This document shows, piece by piece, positions 43,502-51,919 of a DNA stretch of 64,000 nucleotides. Within the stretch, counting starts at the first letter, position 1. The number at the start of each line of letters is the position of its first letter. The translations under genes and the position numbers were made by a program. The notes beneath the pieces were generated by a model, which was given only the letters and a program-made list of their open reading frames with translations, was not told where the DNA came from and ran no database searches. Source of the stretch: a virus; IMG/VR virus record IMGVR_UViG_3300031578_000014. One strand, given 5' to 3'.

Positions 43502-44676
43502 TGTCGGATTGGGAGGGAAGCGGAACCCCGGTAGTAATAATCCCGCCTACTCCGAGCGCTGTGGTGGGAGTCTCACCGTCGATCGTGCCGGTGGCGAGTG
43601 CCCTGGTTGACGACAGCAAGAGCGCGATCTCTATGGCGAGGTATACGCAGCTCATAGGGTACCCTGAGTGCCAGTTCTTCGGTGTGCGCAATGAGGACGA
43701 AATCGCCGATTCGGAGTGTAGGACCATCTGGCTCAAGTCAGAGCGGGACATGGTACTCAAATATCTCTTAGAGGCGCAAGAGGAACTAGAGAACCACATC
43801 AGGTATCCACTCAAGCCGCGGTGGATAGAAGATGAGCAGAGGCCATACAGCTGCCCGGTGGAGGCTATGTGGCACAAGATCATTGAGGCGGGGGTACGGG
43901 CGGAGGACGATGTAGCCCTGGGACAGACGGTAGTTCTGAGAGTCGGTGGTCTGATTATCGACCCGGCGTTAGTGACGATCCCGGCCGTGACCTTTACGGA
44001 CATCAGCGAAGTCAGAGTATACCATCCCAGAGGGGATCCCTGCTCGTTGACTCCCGTAGAGATTCACCCTAGTTGTGTGACCATCGATGCGGGGGTACTG
44101 ACCATCGAGATTCCGAGATGTAGGCTGGTGACTGAGGCGGCTGCCGACAATCCGAGAGCAGGCATTGACTATGAAGACGATGACAACTTCGAGGACACAG
44201 TAGACGTGACGCGGGTCTACGATGACACCTCAGAGAACGCGACGCTGGTCTGGCCGCACAGGTGCAGCAGCGAATGCGGCGCGGCGAGCTGCGGCGAATA
44301 CACGAAAGATGGCTGCATGTATATCAGGAACGGAGAGGCGGGGATCGTCGACGTTCTCCCGGGTACGTACTCCGATGGGGCGTGGGTAGCCAGTTGCCTT
44401 ACCTCGAGACCGCAGATCGTACGGTTGAACTATAGGGCGGGGATGGATCCGTTGACCTATCAGGCGGAGGATGCTCTTCTGAGGTTGGCGCACTCGAAGA
44501 TGCCCAATGAGCCATGCGGCTGCGACATAGTACAGCGGTTGTGGGCTAGGGACAGGAACATTCCTGCAATAATGACGGCGGAGCGGGCAAACAATCCGTT
44601 CGGCATAAACGACGGGGCGTGGATAGCGTGGAAGTTCGCTAGGGCACTGAAGAAGGTTCGGGTGCATGTAATGTGA
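43501..44676 (+). CDS. structural-module hypothetical protein
   Basis: ATG 43501 overlapping upstream TGA, within track ORF 43339..44676. Confidence 0.55.
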   Translation: MSDWEGSGTPVVIIPPTPSAVVGVSPSIVPVASALVDDSKSAISMARYTQLIGYPECQFFGVRNEDEIADSECRTIWLKSERDMVLKYLLEAQEELENHIRYPLKPRWIEDEQRPYSCPVEAMWHKIIEAGVRAEDDVALGQTVVLRVGGLIIDPALVTIPAVTFTDISEVRVYHPRGDPCSLTPVEIHPSCVTIDAGVLTIEIPRCRLVTEAAADNPRAGIDYEDDDNFEDTVDVTRVYDDTSENATLVWPHRCSSECGAASCGEYTKDGCMYIRNGEAGIVDVLPGTYSDGAWVASCLTSRPQIVRLNYRAGMDPLTYQAEDALLRLAHSKMPNEPCGCDIVQRLWARDRNIPAIMTAERANNPFGINDGAWIAWKFARALKKVRVHVM

Positions 44677-45164
44677 TCCTGTTCAAAGAGATCAAGCCGA
44701 AGCGGTTCAAGGACGCGGCGTTCAGGGCTGCATTAGTTGATGAGATGCGCAAGGTCGGTGAAGACATCAAGCGTTCATTCAACCAGACCACGGCGACGTG
44801 GAAAAACCGCCCGGAGTTTGAGGTAGAGATAGCCCTGAAGTATGGGGCCGAGATCTTCGTTTGGACTGATGACAAGATTTACAACTATGTGAGCGGAGGA
44901 ACGGAGGAGCACATCATTCTTCCGGTGAACGCGCAGGCGCTACGCTTTAGAGAGGGGTTCATTCCCAAGACCAGACCGGGGACGTTGGTGTCAGTGGCAG
45001 GGGCGCAGTTCGGCAAGGTAGTTATGACGGCGGGGGTTATTCATCCCGGGACGAAGCCAAGAGACTTCGACAAACAGGTCAAGGCAAAGTGGGAGAAGCC
45101 GTTCAAGCGCAGGATGGAGCAGGCGATGAAGCGGGCAGCAAAGGCCAGCGGGCACGCGATCTAA
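44673..45164 (+). CDS. head-tail joining / tail-completion protein (HK97 gp10-like), tentative
   Basis: Position; basic N- and C-termini; GTGA overlap. Confidence 0.4.
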   Translation: MILFKEIKPKRFKDAAFRAALVDEMRKVGEDIKRSFNQTTATWKNRPEFEVEIALKYGAEIFVWTDDKIYNYVSGGTEEHIILPVNAQALRFREGFIPKTRPGTLVSVAGAQFGKVVMTAGVIHPGTKPRDFDKQVKAKWEKPFKRRMEQAMKRAAKASGHAI

Positions 45165-45209
45165 TTTGCCGGGAAACTTGCAAGCCAGGAAGAAGATTGA
45201 GAGGTAGCA

Positions 45210-45560
45210 ATGAGAGTGACGGTCATAAGGCGCAAACAGCAAACGGTTCTAGTCGAATGGCAGGACGAAGGTCGCTGGCGCGCGTATGTGCCTGCCGAAG
45301 CGGTCACAGACGATGAGTGCCCTTCGGAAGAGTTGCAGATGGGGATCCCCTATGGAGTACCGTGGGCGGAGGTCGTAGGGGACCTAGTGATCACCGGTAA
45401 GCAGATCGAGGACACGCTGAAGAGACACGGCATCTGGACTCTGGAGGACGCGAAGAAGAACCCGATGAAGGCAGCGACCGCGCTACAGGCGGTGCACAAG
45501 ATAGGCGTTAGCGCCCTGATCGCAAGGGCGGTGAGCGCCATGACAACGGAAGGGGGCTAG
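45210..45560 (+). CDS. hypothetical protein
   Basis: Track ORF with RBS. Confidence 0.55.
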   Translation: MRVTVIRRKQQTVLVEWQDEGRWRAYVPAEAVTDDECPSEELQMGIPYGVPWAEVVGDLVITGKQIEDTLKRHGIWTLEDAKKNPMKAATALQAVHKIGVSALIARAVSAMTTEGG

Positions 45561-45572
45561 AGGAGGTAAGCA

Positions 45573-47057
45573 ATGAGCGAGCCATTGAAGGGCGGAAATG
45601 GTGCACTGTTCGTGCAATTGGACGGACCAAACTCGGAGGTTCACTATCTAGGGTGTCACGAGTTGGGTGACATCGAAGAGCCGTTGGGTGACCTCACCCT
45701 ATTGTGGTGCCGGGATCCTTCGGCACCCAACAAGTTCCAGAAAATCGGTAGCTATGAGGGCGAGCCGGGGACGATCAGCTCGAGCATCCTGACGAATGTT
45801 CTGAAGACGGCGGACTGGCTCGAAGGGCTGCGCTGCCCAGCGACGATCTTCGTCAATATGTGGGAGTGCGGACGCGCAGACGTTTTCGAGAATTGGGTGA
45901 GGTCTTTCGTTCTGGAAGGTGTGCGAGTCTCTACGAAACGCCTCTCCAAGCTGGTAGTCAGAAAGCCGGGCGACCAAGATGAGTCGACCCAGAGCTTCGA
46001 TCTGCAGGCCGTGGCGCTGCACCGGTTGCTGGACGTGAACGTCAACCGGCAGACGATCACTGAAGAGCAGTCTCTCAACGATGTGGTGTTCTGCAACGAC
46101 CCCAGGTGTCAGGATGATTGCGGCGTGGCATTGGACTACTGCCAGACCGGGTTCATCGTCAGCGACCCACTGACGGGTAGCGCCGCGAACGTAGCCAACG
46201 TGCTGTCCACTGTAGACGGCGGCGCAGATGGTTGGCTGGAAACCGTAGAAGAGCCCTTCGCCGCAGCTATGGTCATCGCCAGCGTGATCTGCGTGGAGAT
46301 CGGCGGCGGGATAACGCGAACGATCGTCGCCCGGGGAACACAAGACGGCGGCCCTGTGGACATCGCCTATAGCGATGACGGTGGGGCTACGGCGTGGGTA
46401 CCCGTCGAAGTAGGGGCGGTAGATGACCAGTACGCCACGATGGGGGGAACCCTATTCGCGTTGGACCTCTACCATATCTGGCTGGTTTGCACTGGCGGGT
46501 ATGTTTACTTCTCCGATGATGCAGGGGTAACCTGGACCGCGCAGTCTGCAGGCACCCTGATCGGCACCCTGAACCACATCGATTTCGCCGATGAGAACTA
46601 TGGCGTGGCGGTAGGGGTCGCCGATGAGATGCTCTACACGGACGACGGGGGCGCGACGTGGCAGCTGATCCTAGGAGACAATGGGGCCATAGAGATCCTC
46701 TGCGTGGACGTGAGGGACCAGTACCGCTGGTGGCTAGGATATGTAGACGGCACCCTCTGGTACACCGAGGACGGCGGAGTCACCTTCGTTCAGAGGGATT
46801 ATCCCGAGGCGGCGACCCATACTCTGGGGATCACGGACATCACATTCGTCAACGATCTGGTCGGCTACATGATAGCCAACAAGGCCGGCCCCATAGGTGA
46901 TGTGTACCGCACGATCAACGGCGGGCGCAGCTGGCGCCTGCTAACGGACACGCCGACGAACGCGGGTCTAAACGCGATTTGGGCCTGCAACGTGAACATG
47001 GCCTATGTCGTAGGCGAGGCGGAAGGCACGACCGGAGTAGTTCTGAAAGTTGCGTAG
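45573..47057 (+). CDS. major tail (tube) protein with C-terminal Asp-box (BNR) beta-propeller
   Basis: Position just before the chaperone/tape-measure genes; five Asp-box repeats YSDDGGATAW, FSDDAGVTW, YTDDGGATW, YTEDGGVTF, TINGGRSW. Confidence 0.6.
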   Translation: MSEPLKGGNGALFVQLDGPNSEVHYLGCHELGDIEEPLGDLTLLWCRDPSAPNKFQKIGSYEGEPGTISSSILTNVLKTADWLEGLRCPATIFVNMWECGRADVFENWVRSFVLEGVRVSTKRLSKLVVRKPGDQDESTQSFDLQAVALHRLLDVNVNRQTITEEQSLNDVVFCNDPRCQDDCGVALDYCQTGFIVSDPLTGSAANVANVLSTVDGGADGWLETVEEPFAAAMVIASVICVEIGGGITRTIVARGTQDGGPVDIAYSDDGGATAWVPVEVGAVDDQYATMGGTLFALDLYHIWLVCTGGYVYFSDDAGVTWTAQSAGTLIGTLNHIDFADENYGVAVGVADEMLYTDDGGATWQLILGDNGAIEILCVDVRDQYRWWLGYVDGTLWYTEDGGVTFVQRDYPEAATHTLGITDITFVNDLVGYMIANKAGPIGDVYRTINGGRSWRLLTDTPTNAGLNAIWACNVNMAYVVGEAEGTTGVVLKVA

Positions 47058-47132
47058 GTATAGTGGGTCGGTGAGGAGGCGGGATATGCTCCCTGCCCAG
47101 CCTCCCGCCGGCCCTGATGAAAGGGGGCAAGA

Positions 47133-47744
47133 ATGAGTGAAATCTTCGTCACATCTACCGGGGTGGAAATCACCCTGAAGAATATCTCCCCGGCCCTTAT
47201 GGCCATGGTGCGAACTAGCGTCGAATTCCCCAAGAGGCCGACCTACGAAGCCAAGACCGTCGCCGGCGACATCGAAGTCCACGAGCATGATGAAACCACG
47301 CTGGAGACCGACGAGGATCGCGAGGCGTGGGATCGGTACTTGGTGGAGTTCATGCAGGCCGAGCAGGAACGGGCGCTGCGGGTCGGCAATGCGCTCTTCA
47401 AGCGCGGCATCGACTACGAAGCGCTAGAACTACCCGAGGATGACAGGTGGATCAAGGAGCAGAAGGAACTAGGTGTTAAGGTTCCTAAAGATCCCCTGGA
47501 GCGGAAGAGACACTGGCTGGAGACCGAGGCATTCACCACCGAAGATGACATCCGGCAGCTAAGTCTACGGTTGATGGCCCTGTCGGGTACGCCTGAGGAG
47601 GTGATAGCGGCTGTGGAGCGTTCCTTTCGAGGTGAAGTGGAAGGGGACGCCGCTGGAGAACCTGAAGATCGCGGCGGGAGCGTGGAGCTTCAGCATGACC
47701 TACCTGGAGACGATGGCGAGACAGGAGTGGGGGAAGACGGGTGA
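47133..47744 (+). CDS. tail assembly chaperone (G-like)
   Basis: Position immediately upstream of the tape measure; acidic protein. Confidence 0.6.
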   Translation: MSEIFVTSTGVEITLKNISPALMAMVRTSVEFPKRPTYEAKTVAGDIEVHEHDETTLETDEDREAWDRYLVEFMQAEQERALRVGNALFKRGIDYEALELPEDDRWIKEQKELGVKVPKDPLERKRHWLETEAFTTEDDIRQLSLRLMALSGTPEEVIAAVERSFRGEVEGDAAGEPEDRGGSVELQHDLPGDDGETGVGEDG

Positions 47745-47862
47745 TGAGTGGCAGGCACTGCCCGAGGAGGAGCGCGCCAATATGCTGGCCTTTACACGCG
47801 TAAAGCTCAAGATGGCCGCTGTGGAGATACAGGAACGGGAGCGGGAGATGATTCGTGGCTGA
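47608..47862 (+). CDS. tail assembly chaperone frameshift extension (T-like segment, +1 frame)
   Basis: Open +1 frame from 47608 overlapping the G 3' end and ending 8 nt inside the tape-measure gene; no independent RBS/ATG. Confidence 0.5.
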   Translation, partial: RLWSVPFEVKWKGTPLENLKIAAGAWSFSMTYLETMARQEWGKTGDEWQALPEEERANMLAFTRVKLKMAAVEIQEREREMIRG

Positions 47863-50467
47863 GAAGATCGGCCTCCAGGCCGTTCTTGAAGATGCACAAT
47901 TCCAGCAGGGCATAAAGCGCTACGTTCACGGTCTGGACGAGATGCAAAGGCGCACGACCGATACTGCCCAGACCAGCGGGGGTGCCATGTCGGGCTTGGG
48001 CGTGGCCCTGATGACCGGCCTCGGCGCCGCTATTGGTGTTGTCACGGCGCAGCTCATCCCTAAGCTGGTTTCCGGTCTCCAGCAGATCGGCTCTACCATC
48101 GTTGACATCGGTGGTAGAGCGATCATGACCGCTGCCCGCGTGGAGGAGATGGGCGTTGTCGTAAAGTATCTAGGCGAGCAGGCGGGCTACAGCGAGAAGC
48201 AACTAGATGCGTTTGTAGCGCAGATCAAAGAGGCTGGCATCCGCACAGATGTCGCGCAGGGCACCGTTGCCCAATTCGCACAGTATCAACTCGACCTAGC
48301 CAAAGCCACCGACCTAGTAGCCGTCGCTCAGGGCGTGGCGATCAAGGCGAATGAGGATTCCTCGGAGTCGATGCAGGTCTTGATCGACGCCGTTGTGACC
48401 CAGAACACGATGATGCTGCGACGTCGTGGCATCATCGTCAACATGGGCAAGGCGATGGAGGACCACGCCAAGCTCCTGGGCAAAGAGGCCGACGAACTGG
48501 ATGATGCCGAACGGGCACACGCAGCCCTTAACGCTACACTTGCGGCGGGGCAACCCCTGATCGGATTGTACGGGGCCGCTATGGAGACCGCCGGCAAACA
48601 AATCCGGTCTATACCCCGGTATGTCGCTGAACTTCTGCTCGAGATAGGCATCCCCTTCCAGACGACCTTCAGTGACGCCGTGTTCCTCCTGGTTGACTTC
48701 ACCGCCGCACTGACCATTGCTGCGCAAGAGGGCGGCTGGCTGAACACCATCCTCAAGGAACTCGGCGCGACGGTCAACACGTTGGCGGCTCCGTTCATCT
48801 CCTTTGGGCGCACGGCGATAGGGGTGATGCAGGACCTGTATCTAGTCATGGGTACCTTTAGGGGACCGGACGTGGACCTGATGCGCTCCAGTATCGCCGA
48901 TCTTGAGAGGCAAATCACCGGACTGAAGCCACCCGACCTGAGCAAGGGATGGCAGGATGAAGCTAGTGAGATAGTCAAGATCAATAGGGATCTGGGCGCG
49001 GCGATCGGGCGGATATGGGAGGACGTGAACCGCTCGATAAGCCAGAGCATGGATGACTGGAATCGACGCCGGGGGCAAGACCTGGGCAATTGGCTCAGGG
49101 ACCAAGCCAGAGACCTAGAAGACTTTCACCGGAGCATCGCCGAGGTCTTTGCCGATGTGGACGAACGAATCTCAGAGATGATGGCGGATCGGGAAAAGGA
49201 CCGGGCCAGGGAATCGGAGGCCTGGAATCAGCAAGTCCAGCGGGCGCAACAGCGGCACGAGGATGATATGGCCAACCTTCGCAGAGACGCGAACATGGCC
49301 GAGACCAAAGAGGAATATGATCTCATTCAGTCTATCATCGCCGAAAAGGAGGCGCAATTCAAGGATGAACAGACACTCGAAGCCAAGAACCGGCGGGAGG
49401 CCTTGGCAGCGGAGGAGAGGGAGTTTCAGGCTGAGCTGGCCAAGGAAAAGCGGCGGGCCCAGGAACGGGCCGCAGTGATGGAGGTGGAGTTCAACCGCCG
49501 CCGGGCAAGGGAAGAAGAGGACCGCCAGATCAGGTTGCGCCAGGACGAAGAGGAGTTCAACCTGCGCATGGCTCGCCAGAGGGAGGAGGCCGGCCGCAGG
49601 GAAACCGATCTCAAGGCGGCATCGAGCGAACGACTGGCGGCACTGAATGAAGAGATAGCGCAGATCCAGAAGAGGCAAGAGGAAGGGTACATTCAACAGC
49701 GAGCGGCGCTTTCATTGCAACTTGCCAAAGAGCGCATGGAACTGGTATCATCACTTGCCCAAATGCCCGCTCTCCACGCCAAGTACCTAGTGGAATCGGC
49801 CGCGGCCTACGACCGCTTATCGGAAGTGTTCGCACAGAAGCTAGGCATACAGTTCCCTCTCATCAAGGCCGCGTGGGACGCAGAGGATTGGAGTTCCCTG
49901 GGGGACATGGCACTATTGGCGATCTGGAGGGTCGACTGGGATACGCGTGCGAAAGTGCAAGGCGTGATCGCCGGGTTTGTGGTGGACTGGATGACATCGT
50001 ATATCAAGGGCATCCTGTCCTACGACGCAGTGGCGGCCTTGGCCATGGGGAGCATCATGGTCAAGGGCCTCCAGAAGATGCGGGAGAAAATAGGGGACTT
50101 CTGGACCCTCGGGTACAACGTGATGCTAGCCTTTGGCAAAGGGATGCTGTACCTGCAAGACTGGATCGCCGACGTGGTGCGGGACCTGATGGGGCGGGCG
50201 GTGCGGGCGGCCCTAGACAAGCTGGGTATCGGGAGTCCGAGCAGGGTCTTCCTAGAGATCGGGCAGAACCTTGACCTTGCTCTGGCGGAGGGCATCCGAT
50301 CTCTAGGGCACCTCCCGGCATTGGAGATGGGGCGCGTGGCGGGGGCGACGATGCACAGCGTTAGCAACGTCACGACGAATAACTACTATCAAAACCTGAC
50401 TGTTCACTCAGCGTCACCCGTGGAGCCAATCATTCAGGACTTTCACATGATGAGCTCTATGAGTTGA
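47855..50467 (+). CDS. tape measure protein
   Basis: 870 aa, N-terminal hydrophobic/Gly-Ala region, long E/R/A-rich coiled coil; position. Confidence 0.8.
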   Translation: MAEKIGLQAVLEDAQFQQGIKRYVHGLDEMQRRTTDTAQTSGGAMSGLGVALMTGLGAAIGVVTAQLIPKLVSGLQQIGSTIVDIGGRAIMTAARVEEMGVVVKYLGEQAGYSEKQLDAFVAQIKEAGIRTDVAQGTVAQFAQYQLDLAKATDLVAVAQGVAIKANEDSSESMQVLIDAVVTQNTMMLRRRGIIVNMGKAMEDHAKLLGKEADELDDAERAHAALNATLAAGQPLIGLYGAAMETAGKQIRSIPRYVAELLLEIGIPFQTTFSDAVFLLVDFTAALTIAAQEGGWLNTILKELGATVNTLAAPFISFGRTAIGVMQDLYLVMGTFRGPDVDLMRSSIADLERQITGLKPPDLSKGWQDEASEIVKINRDLGAAIGRIWEDVNRSISQSMDDWNRRRGQDLGNWLRDQARDLEDFHRSIAEVFADVDERISEMMADREKDRARESEAWNQQVQRAQQRHEDDMANLRRDANMAETKEEYDLIQSIIAEKEAQFKDEQTLEAKNRREALAAEEREFQAELAKEKRRAQERAAVMEVEFNRRRAREEEDRQIRLRQDEEEFNLRMARQREEAGRRETDLKAASSERLAALNEEIAQIQKRQEEGYIQQRAALSLQLAKERMELVSSLAQMPALHAKYLVESAAAYDRLSEVFAQKLGIQFPLIKAAWDAEDWSSLGDMALLAIWRVDWDTRAKVQGVIAGFVVDWMTSYIKGILSYDAVAALAMGSIMVKGLQKMREKIGDFWTLGYNVMLAFGKGMLYLQDWIADVVRDLMGRAVRAALDKLGIGSPSRVFLEIGQNLDLALAEGIRSLGHLPALEMGRVAGATMHSVSNVTTNNYYQNLTVHSASPVEPIIQDFHMMSSMS

Positions 50468-50500
50468 AGAAACTAGGGTCCAGTTTACTTTAACAGTCAG
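50464..50500 (+). promoter_or_regulatory. sigma70-like phage promoter, family copy 4
   Basis: TTGAAGAAACTAGGGTCCAGTTTACTTTAACAGTCAG upstream of ATG 50513. Confidence 0.55.
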
Positions 50501-50512
50501 ATAGGGGTAGCA

Positions 50513-51919
50513 ATGAATGGGCTCTGTGAGTGCGGTTGCGGTGAGCGGGTGAGCAAGCCAGGGAATCGGTTTGTCAAAGGGCATACCCTTCGTGGCCGGG
50601 GTCCCAACAGTCCTAACTGGAAGGGCGGCCCAGTCAAAGTGACCTGCGCCTTCTGCGGGAAGACCGTTCTCCGGAATAAGGATCAGGTCAAGAGGTCAAG
50701 CAATCACTTCTGCAACACAGCGTGCTACGCTCAGTGGAGATCAGAAAACCTGATCGGACCTAACCATCCCAGCTGGAACGGTGGTCCAACCGAAGTGACC
50801 TGTGCCTTCTGTGGCGAGAAGATCCGGCGGAAAAAGTCACGGGCCGATAAGTATAGCAATCATTTCTGCAGCGCAGCGTGCCAGGCTCGGTGGCAATCGG
50901 AAACTCGGAGTGGCCCCGACAGTCCCGGCTGGCAGGGCGGCCCAATTGAAGTCGCCTGTGCTTTCTGCGGGGAGACTATCCTGCGGGCTAAATGGCAGGC
51001 CGAAGAACACAGCAATCATTTCTGTAGCGCGGCGTGCCAGGTGCAGTGGAGATCGGAAAAGTGGAAAGGCCCCAACAGTCCTACCTGGAACGGGGGCCCA
51101 GCCGAAGTGGAGTGCGCCTTCTGTGGCGAGGCCATTCTCCGGGACAAGTCTCAGATCAAGATGTCAAGCAATCAGTTCTGCAACGCAGCATGCCATGCTC
51201 AGTGGAGGTCGGAGAATCAGAAGGGTGCGGCCCATCCGAGCTGGCAGGGTGGCCCAACGGAAGTAGCCTGCGCCTTCTGCGGTGAGAAAATCCTCCGGAA
51301 AAAGAATGAGATCAAGAAGTCAAGCAATCTCTTCTGCAGCGCAGAATGCTATGCTCACTGGAGATCGGAAAACTGGACTGGCGAGAATGGTCCTAACTGG
51401 AGGGGCGGCCCAATCGAAGTCATCTGTGCGTTCTGCGGAAAGAAGATCCGCAAATGTAAAGCCCAGACGGAGAGGGCGAGAAATCATTTCTGTAGCAAAG
51501 CCTGCCATGATCTGTGGCAAGCCGGGGTCAATGGTTCTAGCTGGCAGGGCGGCAAGTCCTTTGAGCCATATACCCCGCAGTTCAATGGAGCACTAAAACT
51601 GACCATTCGAGAACGGGATGGGTTTACCTGCCAACTGTGCAGCGAACCGGAGAACGGGAAGGCGCACCACTGCCATCATGTGGACTATGACAAGCAGAAC
51701 AGCGACCCAGACAACCTCAGCCTACTATGCCATAGCTGCCATTCGAAGACGAGTCGCAACCGGGCCTTTTGGACGAACCTATTCCAAGCGCAGGTAAAAT
51801 TGGGGCGAGCTAGGTCAAACTTACTATTGAATACAAAAGGGGGCCAAAATGAAGAAGGGAGCCCTTCTGCTGGCGGTTCTGTTGCTGGCCATGATTGGAG
51901 TGAGGCTGCAGATGGGTAG
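50513..51919 (+). CDS. HNH endonuclease with six tandem C4 zinc-finger (FCS/MYM-like) repeats
   Basis: 6 x ~52-aa unit W.GGP.EV.CAFCG......NHFCSAAC..W.SE; C-terminal HHCHHVDYD...NLSLLCHSCH. Confidence 0.8.
   Translation: MNGLCECGCGERVSKPGNRFVKGHTLRGRGPNSPNWKGGPVKVTCAFCGKTVLRNKDQVKRSSNHFCNTACYAQWRSENLIGPNHPSWNGGPTEVTCAFCGEKIRRKKSRADKYSNHFCSAACQARWQSETRSGPDSPGWQGGPIEVACAFCGETILRAKWQAEEHSNHFCSAACQVQWRSEKWKGPNSPTWNGGPAEVECAFCGEAILRDKSQIKMSSNQFCNAACHAQWRSENQKGAAHPSWQGGPTEVACAFCGEKILRKKNEIKKSSNLFCSAECYAHWRSENWTGENGPNWRGGPIEVICAFCGKKIRKCKAQTERARNHFCSKACHDLWQAGVNGSSWQGGKSFEPYTPQFNGALKLTIRERDGFTCQLCSEPENGKAHHCHHVDYDKQNSDPDNLSLLCHSCHSKTSRNRAFWTNLFQAQVKLGRARSNLLLNTKGGQNEEGSPSAGGSVAGHDWSEAADG
50618..51553 (+). 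repeat. six tandem ~156-nt coding repeats inside the HNH gene
   Basis: Repeat units read from the protein; other-frame track ORFs here are by-products. Confidence 0.8.
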
